Assembly (NCBI GenBank): GCA_028023455.1 | Contig: JAQFVV010000009.1 | Location: forward strand, 7,254,001 to 7,318,000 | Reading direction: 5' to 3' | DNA length: 64,000 nt | DNA from: Epiperipatus broadwayi | Taxonomy: Eukaryota; Animalia; Onychophora | Shown: one piece after another, positions 52,934-64,000 of the stretch | Layout of the letters: each line of letters starts with the position of its first letter | Position numbering within the stretch: position 1 is the first letter of the stretch | Position numbers and translations under genes: made by a program | Notes under the pieces: model-generated | The model's database searches: none | The model's input: the letters and a program-made list of their open reading frames with translations, nothing else | Told to the model about the DNA's origin: nothing

Positions 52934-53721
52934 CCAGATCATCATCTCCCACATATATATATAACCAGTGCTCAGTTTATATTAAGATAGCAAATCTTCC
53001 AACTTTAATGTACAATTTTCAACCTACTCCAATCTCCAATTCTTCAACTATCCATATCATTGAAAATTTGATGGTGGAATGCCTAAATTCCAACTGATGC
53101 CAATATTATTGTTATGCCCATCTTGACCTCAAGTCACTCTGACCCCTCATGGGTAAGACCATATCCATTTAAATACATAGAAGAGGGATGGCCAGGATGC
53201 AGGCTTAATCAGTAACATTTGAAATACAGGCATTCTTCATATACCTGGAACTTAATTGTTAATATAGGGTATTTGAACACAGACTTTCAAGCACTCTTCA
53301 ATCTCATACCACTGATACATATGATCACACATATGTAGAAAAGATATTGTGGATAGTTGAAGGGTTTTTGAAAGTCTGTGTTCAAATCTATATTTACAAT
53401 TAAGCTCTAGGTATATGAAGAATGCCTGTATTTCAAATATTACACATTAAGCCTGCATCCTGCCCATCCCTCTTCTATGTATTTAAATGGATATGGTCCT
53501 ATACATGAAGGGTCAGAGTGACTTGAGAACAATATGGGCATAACAATAATATTGGTATTAATTGGAATTTGAGCATCTGTTACCCCATTTTCAATGGTAT
53601 GGATGGCTGAAGAGTTGGAGGCTAGAATAGATTGAAGCCTGTCCCTTAAAGTATGAAGATTTGCTATTTTAATATAAACTGAGCACTGATTATATATATG
53701 TGTGTGTGGGAGATGATCTTG

Positions 53722-53765
53722 ACCAACTGATGAGTGCTGGTTCAGCATGAAATACATATATTGGT
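53722..53765 (+). ncRNA. Hammerhead, family 2, right arm
   Basis: ACCAA-CTGATGA (53727-53733)-GTGCTG gtt CAGCAT-GAAA-T ACAT A-TA-TTGGT. Perfect 5-bp stem I, 6-bp stem II, AUA cleavage triplet. Confidence 0.85.
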
Positions 53766-54423
53766 GATTATTTATCTTTTCTACATATGTGAGTCATGTG
53801 TATCAGTGGTATGAGATAGTGTAGATAGTTGAAGGGTGCTTGAAACTCTGTGTCCAAATCCCCTATATTGATAATTTATTGGTAACATTTTATTCATTAA
53901 TATTTGTATACTTTAGACTTTTAGGTTTTTATCTAAATAACACACATTTATTAAAAAAAAAAATTGGCAAGAGTTAAAGAAAACAATCTTAAGGGGAAAT
54001 AAATTGCCTTTTTTTTTTTAAAAAAAAAAAAAGAAAGATAATATTTTATATAAAAAAAAATTAAAAAAAACCCCAGTTATTTATATTATTGTTCAAACAA
54101 AATTTGGAAATATACTAAATTATTTAATTTGTTTATGGGAACCAGAACTGGAAATGAAAGGAAAAACCACTTTATCACTCTCCTATCTAAATTATTTAGT
54201 GTAGAGAGAATATATTAAATGATAATCTTTGTTGATGAAACAAAATTCACCATCCCAGATATTATATTGTAATTAACTCTATGTATTAATTGATTTTTTT
54301 TTTCTTTGTTACTAAATATTTGCTCATCTAGATAATGACTATATTCAAATTATATCAGTATATGTGCTTGTATAGTTTATATGTATTTAATAAATATATT
54401 TATAAATTATTCAATCTCATCAG

Positions 54424-54494
54424 ATAAACTCAGTCCAGAAGCACTTTTTTGCTGTTGTTGCTGCTCATAATATCAAAATTCCAGTTTTAATTTT
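54424..54494 (+). CDS. Candidate exon with ambiguous frame
   Basis: ctcatcag| acceptor and |gtaaat donor. Phase 1 gives DKLSPEALFCCCCCS*; phase 0 gives INSVQKHFFAVVAAHNIKIPVLI. Confidence 0.45.
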
Positions 54495-54752
54495 GTAAAT
54501 GTTTTTGAACAGAAAAAAAAAAATAAAAGAATTACATACAATGTATTCTTTATTATTAACTTGTAAATTTATTATTCTTTTCATCTTAAAAACTACTGTA
54601 GTATAATCTTTTCTAATGATGCCTTTTCTGATTCTGTTGATTTTGGGAATACTCGAATGGCTTAACTTTTTTTAAATTTTTAATTATTTAATTCATCGTC
54701 ATTTTTTTTTTTGCATAGATAGTTTTTTCTTATATAAATAATTATTGTAAAT

Positions 54753-55831
54753 ATGTTTCCCAACATTTTATTTAAGCAGAAAAAAGGGTTATTGATAGGA
54801 GGGGCATTAAGTGGGATATTAAGTGGAATATATATGGAGGAAATAGAAAAAAAGATGATAGATGAGGAAATTGAACCAATAATGTTAAAAAGATATGTAG
54901 ATAATTATATATTAATTTTTAATAGAAGTGAAAGACAAATAGATAAATATTTAGATAAAATTAATAAATTAGATAGAAATATTAAATTTACAGTGGAAAG
55001 AGAGAAAGATAATAAATTATCATATTTGGACATATTGTTAACAAAAACATATGTTAAAAATAGATGTAGAATAGAAACATCAGTGTATAAAAAAGTGAAT
55101 GGGAATAGTAATATAATGAATTGGAATTCTAATACAGATAATAAATATAAAATAAGTAGTATAAGTTCAAGAATATGTAGGGCTATTAATTATTGTTCGA
55201 GTGAAAAGGAATATAAAAAAGTAGAATTAATAGTAAAGGAATTTAAAGAAAATGGATATCCAGAGAATGTAATAGTGAAGAATATAAAATTAACAGAAGA
55301 AAAATATAAGAAAGGTAATAAGGAAGAAGAGAGTAATGAATATAGGAAGAACAATAAAAAGAAGGAGTATATAGGGGTTAAGACATATAGTAATAATATA
55401 GTTAAGAGTGTTAATAAAATTATTAGAAAAATTAATAAAAGATATAATAATGTAATTAAGTATAAGGTAGTAAATAAAAAGAAAAAAATTAATGAATATA
55501 TTAGATAATAAATATATTAAGGGTATAGGAAAATGTATAAATGGGGTATATCAAATAGATTGTAGATATTGTTGGAAGAATAAAATAAGGACTAAATATG
55601 TAGGTGAGACAAAGAATTCTATTTATACGAGGTTAAATAAACGGGTATGACAAAAATTCACCAATTTATTTGCATAGTATGGAAACAGGGCATGTATATG
55701 ACAAAGAGAGTATTAAAATGCTAGGATATACTAATAAAAGAAGAGATAGAAAAATAAAAGAAGCAATATTAATTAAGAGGATAAGGCTTAGTTTAAATAG
55801 GGATGGGGAACTAAGAACCTTGTGTTGGTAG
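54753..55831 (+). mobile_element. 5'-truncated Penelope-like element ORF (RT C-terminal part + GIY-YIG)
   Basis: GLLIGGALSGILSGIYMEE, RYVDNY, IKFTVEREKDNKLSYLDI, then GVYQIDCRYC...YVGETK...GHVYD...KIKEAILI...LNRDGE, with a few stops and frameshifts. Confidence 0.92.
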
Positions 55832-57171
55832 GTTTAGTATTGGATTTATAGGGTTATTGGTAATTAAAAATAAGTATATATACATATGTATAAGATGTAA
55901 ATATGTATGTATATGGGTAAGGAAATATTGAATATGAAATTAAAATGTTTTGAAAATGATATTGGTATTATAGTATGATTATTGTTGTTATTGATTAATA
56001 ATAATGTTAATGGTAATAATAATAGTAAAAAAAGAAAGTAGGTTAAAAGTTATAATATGTGGATATAAAGGTATTATGTATTAGATAATAATTAAATAAG
56101 ATAGACAGTAAGAAAAGATGAAAGGAAGATTAAAGAATAAATATTAATATAAATAATAGTAATAATAAATAATAAAAGGGTAATGCTTAAAAGGATTTTT
56201 GTATAAATTTTTTTTTTAAAAACTAAAAGTAAAAATAAAATAGTTTAAAAGGTAATATAAAAATGGTATATTGGATAGGTTTTGTATTATAGATATGGAA
56301 GTAAAAAGGTATTACATATTAGATAATATTTAAACAAGATTGATAGTAAAATAAAAAACTAACAGTTAAAATAAAAGTTATTTAAAGGTAATATATAAAA
56401 AATGGTGTATTGGATTTATTTTGTATAGTTATATATGTAATTTATAAGTAAGTTGAGTATATATGTGGGTGGGTATGTATAAATGTATATGAGGATTGGT
56501 ATATGTATGTATATGTTTTATGAGTATGGGTGTATATATGAGTATGTTTTAAAGAATATGGGTATATCTTTGGATATACTTATATCCTTTTAATTTTTTT
56601 AGTTTTTAATTTTTTAAATTTTATTTAGTTTTTATATATTATTTTTTACTTATTTATATGTTTAGTGGTGATGTGAAGATGTATATATCTATATATAGGG
56701 GATGTATGGATATTTGATATTCATATGTGAAATGATGGTTAAGTAGTTGTATTTATAATATTTGAATATGGTTAATAAATATAATTGGGAAGTTGAAAGT
56801 TTAAAATAGAATGATAAGCTTTATAAAATTAATAACAGAGGGAGCTGTTTTAAATGAATAAACAAGATAGGAAATTTTGAAATAACCTCATTTTAATTAA
56901 AGCAGAGAAGAAGATAGAGGTAAATTAGTATTAAAGAAAAATATTATTTAGTGATATAGAGATAAAAGTTTAAGTAAAAGATGTTATATATTAGATAATA
57001 TTTAAAAGATAGATAATAAGACAATGAAAGGACAATTATAAAATAATATTAATAAAGGATAATATTTAAAAGGTAAATTTTTTTATAGAAAAAACAGTGT
57101 ATTAGATATGTTTTGTATTTTTATATATGTAAGTAGAGTATACATATAGATGTGTATCTATAAAGGTATAT

Positions 57172-60063
57172 TGAAACAGTAAGGTCTGCTTTGCAGATCT
57201 TCGTTTCACCTTTTCTCACCTATTTTCTACCCTCATGCCTTAGTTTGAACCCCAATCTATCATAGTGTGACGGCAATACGCTTATATATAGAAAATCCCG
57301 CCTAATTTTAAACCACGAGTACAATGCTCGTATTATATACAAGTATAACTCATGCCCAAATAAATAAAATATTATGGATTATGTATATGTTCACATAATT
57401 TAGATTTATTTAAAAGTAGGTTATATGGGTCATAATTGTGCACACACTATGATATGCATTTTAAAACATATCAAAATTATAAATTGTTAATTAAAGTTAT
57501 CTTGTTTGAATCTATTTGCAAATATAATACAATCGTAATATATTTTTGATTTAAAATAAAATTCATATTCGTTTAGTAAATAGATTCAAATATTGAGATT
57601 TAAAAGTAAAATAATTTTCTTTTAATTTAATAAAAGTCATTCCAAATATTTCTGTTAAAATAAATGAGGAACAATAGTTTAATTATTTAATGTTATAGAA
57701 GCTTATCTAAAAATACAGCAGATGTCCACTTAAGGTTTTCTTTTAATTAGTAAAAGTAATTTTAATTAAATCTAGTTTGTAATTCGAATGTCGACAAGGA
57801 AATTAACAATAGAAATTAATTAAAATTTTTGTTAAATTCCTTTAGACATTCGGATGGGTTGTAATGCTCCAGGGCAGTTCTATTGTTTATTTCCACTATA
57901 AAAAGGAAGGTTTTCTTTTGTTCTCCATTCTGGTCATTTGCTGATGAAATGTTTCTACCTGAAATTATTCTGGTTATTTGCTGATGAAATGTTTCTAACC
58001 AAAATTATTCTAGTTTTGCTGATGAAATGTTTCTAACCAAAATTATTCTGGTGTTGCTAATGAAATGATTCGAGTGATATTCTTCAAAATATATTTTCCT
58101 GAGATTTTTAGCTACGTGCCTGCGAACTTATATTTGAAGCCGAGTTTTCATCTCCAAATTAATTTACCATGTTTACCACACCTATTGCTAATTGTGACAT
58201 GACTGAGTAGAGCTGGCGGAGGCTATTTCCCTCAGGAATGGCTGGCTGTTGCTCTAGACCATCGGAAGCTATCACATAAGGAACCCCGGAACTGCTGCTG
58301 CTGCCAAAAATATGAACAATTCTAGATTTTGCTGCTGAGTTATATAAAACCTGCCGACCATCAATCTATCTGCAAATGCTTCTCCAGAGGTAACCTAAAT
58401 TAATCCAAGAGCTCTTGTGATTCCTAACTAACATGCTATAGCTATTTTAAATTGTTTTTTTTCTTTTATTTCACTTGACTTATTATGTACTTCTTTAATG
58501 TGTTTAAATATAATCAACAGTTTTGCTCTCTATCCTTGGGTTAATATTTTCTATTTATTAATCTTTCTTTTATTTTATTATGATAATGTGTCAGAATAGT
58601 CTTTGACGGAGTGAGTTATTCCCTTTTGTTGAAAGTAATACGCCGATATTAAGGCATATTTAAATTATAAATAATTCCCAATTTTTTTATCTCGTGAATC
58701 ACTCGTTCAAGGGCTTATTCTAATCTTTAATATTTACAATAATCAAATAGTTTAAAATCTACATTTTATTGATTTTAACCTAATATGAGAGTATGTGCGA
58801 GGTCAATGATTAAATGTGTCCCAAATGCATGATTGCGTTAATAAATCTATACTTTCTTTTCAAACCACAAGCAAGCATTTTCCTATTTTAAATACTGTAT
58901 TCTACTTCAATTTCAAAGTTTGTCATTGAAGTCAAGAATGTGCAGACCCTTTTAAATGAATTTCTGGCAATTTGATTGGGCATTTCTCTTAATTCAAGTA
59001 AAACCCATTTAGTATGTTTTATATACACTAGTCTAGTATTGCCTGTAAATGAATTGGTTGTTGAGACCACTTTGTTTTGCTTTTCCAAGGGTTTTTACAT
59101 GGCCAAGTCTGTTCTCTTCGCTTCCTGCGGTTTCCAGGCAGAGTGTGTCCACAAATGGCACACCTGGGAATTAAACACAGTCGTCACCCAGTTGCTAAGT
59201 TTTGGCTGTTCATGACAACACTTTCCTACAGGTTAGCGGCAAGCTGCCCTCCATAGTCATTCCAAATATTTCACTATTGTTTTATTTATATATTTATTTT
59301 TACAAAGCATCCATGACTTAAACGTGTCACACCCTCCAACTTTAATAAATTCATTATTAGCTATACTGACCTCCCATTTGCTTTAATTATTATTATCAAA
59401 TAAATGTCTTGATCACATCCCCACTTTATTGCTTAGGAAGCTTTTGTCCATGCTAGTCTCGAAATCAATAAATATTTTATAACACTTAATTTTCGAATAT
59501 TTTCTTAAACTTGTATAATTACTCAAAGCACCTCGCACATGTTCCCATCTCTTTAAGCACATTATCGTAATGCTATTAGCCCGAGGGATAGAATATATAA
59601 TTTTGCTTTAAAATCTTTTTGTAATTTATTGGAATGTCATGCCAACAATTATTTAATACGCGTCCCTGTCTCATATAAGCAGACAGTGGCGTTATATATA
59701 TATATATATATAAATAATTTTGAAATCATTTAAAACTAATTTTGATCTTTTATTGATTCCTATCACTGTCTCAGTCTATATATCTATTTTATACATTTCT
59801 TTTGTACATCCATAGACATTAATTAGCAACCCAAACTTATCTTAGTATAGAGTCTTTTGTTTCTCTCTGACCACCAGGCACCGGTAAGGGGTTATACTAG
59901 TGGTAGCATCAGATGCGTTATCACGTATGTAGTGCTGTGAAATTTGGACTTTAGATTCGAACTTAGTATATCTGGAAGGCAACCCCTCCTAGAATGTTCA
60001 GTTTCGTGTTTGGGGTTTGAATTCTGCAGTGTGTTAGCAAGATAGACGATTCTGACTGTTACA
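57172..60063. mobile_element. TG...CA element D (2.9 kb, long solo-LTR-like)
   Basis: Ends TGAAACAGT...ACTGTTACA with TSD ATAT (57168-57171 / 60064-60067). The empty site ggtatatgagg is seen at ~61976. Internal ~39-bp tandem repeat at ~57927-58070 and TATATAAAA at 58341. Confidence 0.85.
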
Positions 60064-60359
60064 ATATGAGGATTGTATATGTGTCTATGGATGTATGTAT
60101 ATCTGTGTGTATATATGTATGTTTAAAAGAGGTATGTGTATATATTGGATATGCATATATATATATATAGATGTAGGTATGGATTATATATATATATCTA
60201 GGGCTGATGTAGATTTATATATATATATGTATGAAGGGAATATATGTGTATATTTTAATATATATATATGTATTTTATGTATGTGTTAAATGATGGTTAT
60301 CTATTTTTTATATATATGTGAAATGATGGTTATGTATTTATATTATTCAAATCTTGTAG

Positions 60360-60395
60360 CTCTGATGAAGACTGCTGGACAGTCGAAACTGTAAG
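60360..60395 (+). ncRNA. PLE pLTR hammerhead (variant core)
   Basis: ct-CTGATGA-a-GACTG ctgga CAGTC-GAAA-C T G-TA-ag. 5-bp stem II, an extra A after the core, near-palindromic stem III ACTGT, and a short stem I. Confidence 0.7.
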
Positions 60396-60999
60396 GAAAA
60401 TAAAGAAATTTTTAAGAAAATTTGTTGCATTAAAGTGTATATGAAAGAAGTGTTATAAGCAATATATAACATTTTATTTAAATCACTAATAAATTTAATT
60501 TATTTTCTGCAAAAATAATTTTTATTATTTATTTAAAATATGTATATTTTATGACCAAAAAATTATAATTGGTTAAGATTATTGATATAAATTAAGCATT
60601 ATGGTGTTAAATATTGAGGTCAAGCTATTCTGATTAAAAAGAAAATTCTATTCCATAAAGCATGCAACCTGTAGAATTTATCAATTTTACATGCATGTTA
60701 TAGTGTTATCTTGTTTTAATTATAAAAAAAAAAAATGTTTTTTTGGGGGGAAAAAAAGAACAGTTATTAAAATTAATCAAGAAATTATAACTATATCAAT
60801 AAGACTGAATATTTTAATTGGTTTTACAGTTCATTTAAGTCAAAATATAGTATTGATTATCAAAACTATGCTTGTCTATTAAAAAAATAAAAAATAAAAG
60901 ATAAAAATGATTTCAAATAAACTATACAAATCAATTCATGAACCACAAATATTTCTATATATATCATATGCTGGTCATTTATTCTGTTTATTTGGCATT

Positions 61000-61480
61000 T
61001 TGCAATACTGTTTTTTAACATCTTTTATAGCATAATGTCCTTCAGAAAGAAATCAATACTTTACCTAATTGTATGGCAGTATTGTACCCAATTTTTAGTC
61101 AGATCTTTCTTGTGAAAGCAATTAATATTGTGTCTCTTTAAAATGTTTTTAAATTGTATGTAAATGAGATTTGCTCTATCATGAAAATTATGCTCAGTTT
61201 ATTGTACATTCCTTTTTAGGGAAGCTGCTTAATCTATATAAAATGTTCCTATAATAAATTCAATGTTATCATACATAAGATAAAAAACATACTGATTGGT
61301 CTTTTGATATTGGCATCATATTTTCAGAATGTTATGGAGCTTTCTCAAATGAAATGTTGCCAGTGCTTTATGTTTTAATGGAAAATAAATCCATGTCTCT
61401 TTTTTATGCTGTAAATTTAGCAGAATTATAGCCATTCTAGTGCTTGAATGGGACTTTCTGAGTGACTAACTATTCATTTC
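61000..61480 (-). mobile_element. Possible CR1/L2-type LINE C-terminal remnant
   Basis: Minus-strand AFTRKI..IGY resembles the VQRxFTRxI...Y region. Otherwise the sequence is degraded. Confidence 0.3.
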
Positions 61481-61949
61481 TATAATCCTATCTTTAAATT
61501 TATTGCTGCAATAGTAGTTTATATTGCATCACAGGGTATGAAGATAGCCACCTAAGCTAAAAGTAGTTGATTATTTTTCATTTAATTATTGATAAAGCAT
61601 GAGGTTTTTGAATTGTCATTACTAAATCAAGTTTTTTATAAATGATATTCACAATATAGAGCATGTTTCATACATTATTCTTAGAATTGACAAGAACATC
61701 TTTTTTTATTTCAGGGCAGATATCTTTTTATTATTATTACTGATAATTATGCTTCAATTGAGGAAAAACAACTTTTTCACAAAATGAGTGCATTTAATAA
61801 AAGAATTTTTTTTCTCTTAAAAATAAAATGTTATGCATTCATTTTTTAACACATTTTCTCACTGGTATAATGTCTAGGTAAATAATCTCTGATTTTAATA
61901 ATTTGATATAATAATGTTCTTATATTTTAATATCATGAAATAGAGAAAA

Positions 61950-62175
61950 ATGTATATAGATGTATATCTATAAAGGTATATGAGGATTGTATATATATAT
62001 CTATGGGTGTATGTATATCTGTGTGTATATATATATGTATGTTTAAAAGAGGTATGTGTATATATTGGATATGCATATGTATATATAGATGTAGGTATGG
62101 ATTATATATATATGGGTGATGTAGATTTATGTGTATATGTATGAAGGGAATATATGTGTATATTTTAATATATAT
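61950..62175 (+). repeat. Partial tandem copy of the Penelope 3' region
   Basis: Near-identical to 57140-57171 joined to 60064-60265. Confidence 0.8.
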
Positions 62176-62600
62176 TGTAACCCCTTATCACCTATCACTA
62201 ACAAATACCCGGGGGCGCTAATTCTATGAAACATAGAATAAACTATTGATTTAACTTTACCCTAAAATTAGTTATGAGGTTCTTAAATAAAGTTTCACCT
62301 TAGCCTAACGGAGGTCTATGAAGTGTAAAAAGGACGCTAGATGTGGGAGGAAATATTATAACTAATAGGAAATAAAACATCTATCAAATTCTATAATAAA
62401 TAAGGATTAATTTGGTAAAATTCTATCATCTAAAATTAACTATTTATAGTCTATACTTCACCTCCTCCCATCATCCACATGCATTGAACAGCCTCTAAAA
62501 ATTAAACTAATAACTAAAATGTAGTGTTTAATCACTGTATTGTGTAGTAACCTGTATTTAAATATAAAATTAACCTAACCTTACTGAACATTTATTTATA
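62176..62600. mobile_element. Start of another TG-initiated insertion in (AT)n (right end not located)
   Basis: atatatat|TGTAACCCC truncates the repeat copy, the same junction type as element C. The end coordinate is arbitrary. Confidence 0.45.
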
Positions 62601-62885
62601 CAATAATTTATACTAGTTAACTGAATTTAATGTTTAATCTGAATTAATAATTGAACATCTCAGGGAATTAATTTATTGCATAGCTTAATTTCAAATCTAC
62701 TTCTTAACAGCTACTATTTACTTATAATGAAAATAATGATATAAATTAAGCAATACCCTAACTAAATAATGGCAGTTAGATAATGAAAGAAATCGGGCAC
62801 ATTTTGATTTCAATTCATCATCTAAACAATTATTAAATGATAAAACCTTTTTAGAAACTCAGTAAATAATTGACATCTCATACAG

Positions 62886-62972
62886 TGTTTGGATCAAGGA
62901 AATCAGCATCATCATATCTGGATGTTTATTACTGAATTAAATGAAAAGTACAATCATATCATATTAGATAAA
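62886..62972 (+). CDS. Candidate exon CLDQGNQHHHIWMFITELNEKYNHIILDK
   Basis: catacag| acceptor and a strong |gtaagt donor; 87 nt, open, phase 0/0. Confidence 0.5.
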
Positions 62973-64000
62973 GTAAGTGTGTGAGCATGTGTGGAAATAT
63001 GAAATACGAATGCATGTTAAAGAAGAATTCTGAATACAATTTTGAATAATAAAACATTTATTAACAAAATTAAAAATAGTTAAGCAAACATTTAATTTCT
63101 TTCTAATTGGTACAAGTTTTGGATGTATTTAGCATGACTGGTTAAAATCTACATAAGGATAGAAACACAATATAAATTTCATCTATCAAAACATCCTGAT
63201 AGATTTATGAAACACATTATATATATATATTTTTTTACACTAACATAATGAACCAAAATAAAATCTTTACATTATTGCAAAAATGGTTTTCAGTTATAAG
63301 TCACTTCTGATAAACATATAGAATAGAAGTAGTATAGCCCTAAACTTCAAACAATAAACTACAAAATTTTCCTTTACATTCGACGTCTTATTTTTTTAGT
63401 ACTCTCAGATTATCAATTAGTTGATAAGTCTATAATAACTAACATATGGTTAAATATTTATATTCAATTATAACATAAAACTAAAATTTTGGCATTTTAT
63501 TTCAAATGCACATTAACTAAAAATAAAGTAAAGGGGTTTGAAACCTAAGAATAATATCAAACTACGTTTTGCAAAATGAAATAAATAGCTCCATTAATTA
63601 AATATACTCTTATCAAACTATATCTTGCAAAATGAAATAAATAACTCCATTAATTAAATATATTGTCTTTGCAAAAATGAAGTAAAGAATTCTATTAATT
63701 AGCTATGTTTTATTTTGCCAAAATAGAAATAAATAATTTCACTAATTATGTTTTATCTCTTTTGCTTGTTTACTCAATGATGATTGACTACTATGAAAAT
63801 TGATGATGTGAAACTTAAATGATAAATACAACATGATTTGAAATGATAATTAAAGTTATACCTTAATGATGGATTTTTCCATATCTTTCAAATTAATATT
63901 TTATGCATGAGTCTGTATTATGCTGTGTGTCATAGAATAAATAATTAATACTGATCAATCCAATCGGTTTACTTATGAACTTGTAATAAATCATAATATG

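Larger units (their letters stand above)
52790..53863. mobile_element. Second retrozyme-like family: head-to-head palindromic ~430-475 bp HHR units
   Basis: caggcattcttcatatacctgg recurs at 52801 and 53227; the inversion point is ~53345, followed by an inverted arm. TATATTGATAATTT flanks both sides (52767-52780, 53864-53877). No ORF of recognisable family. Confidence 0.8.
55832..60470 (+). repeat. C-poor low-complexity 3' region of the Penelope element, interrupted by element D
   Basis: 57140-57171 joins 60064 onward seamlessly, judged by the uninterrupted copy at 61950-62175. The region ends in an HHR. Confidence 0.65.

Noticed and set aside
57940-58040. CTGATGA motifs in the 39-bp repeat
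   Set aside because: There is no stem II followed by GAAA and no stem I, so these are not hammerheads. The CTGATGA hits at ~9402 and ~11029 were rejected for the same reason.
60095-60289. ORF MYICVYIC... and most other 60-110 aa ORFs in the track
   Set aside because: These are low-complexity or antisense-to-TE frames in AT-rich DNA, with no coding signal.
61715-61787. Candidate exon (LADIFLLLLLIIMLQ... or GRYLFIIITDNY...)
   Set aside because: The acceptor is good, but frame and donor are ambiguous and the sequence is low-complexity.

Overview
Very AT-rich eukaryotic, probably invertebrate, genomic DNA. It is mostly long introns of a + strand multi-exon gene of unidentified family with coiled-coil-like exons; short GT-AG exons were joined by phase from about 19 kb to 54 kb, and further exons are possible at both ends. 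The introns are packed with decayed transposons: several Penelope-like elements (PLEs), an RTE LINE, two Gypsy elements, a piggyBac fragment, and at least four 1.7-2.9 kb TG...CA elements inserted into AT-rich 4-bp targets. The main signal is a set of type I minimal hammerhead ribozymes (HHRs) from at least five unrelated sequence families. Two families are non-coding ~420-475 nt tandem units resembling retrozymes (953-2463 and ~52790-53863). Each is inserted as a head-to-head palindromic multimer inside one target-site duplication, and a coding PLE 3' end (20331-20850) shows the same geometry. All calls were made by eye, with no database searches or folding software, so TE boundaries are approximate unless a TSD is quoted.
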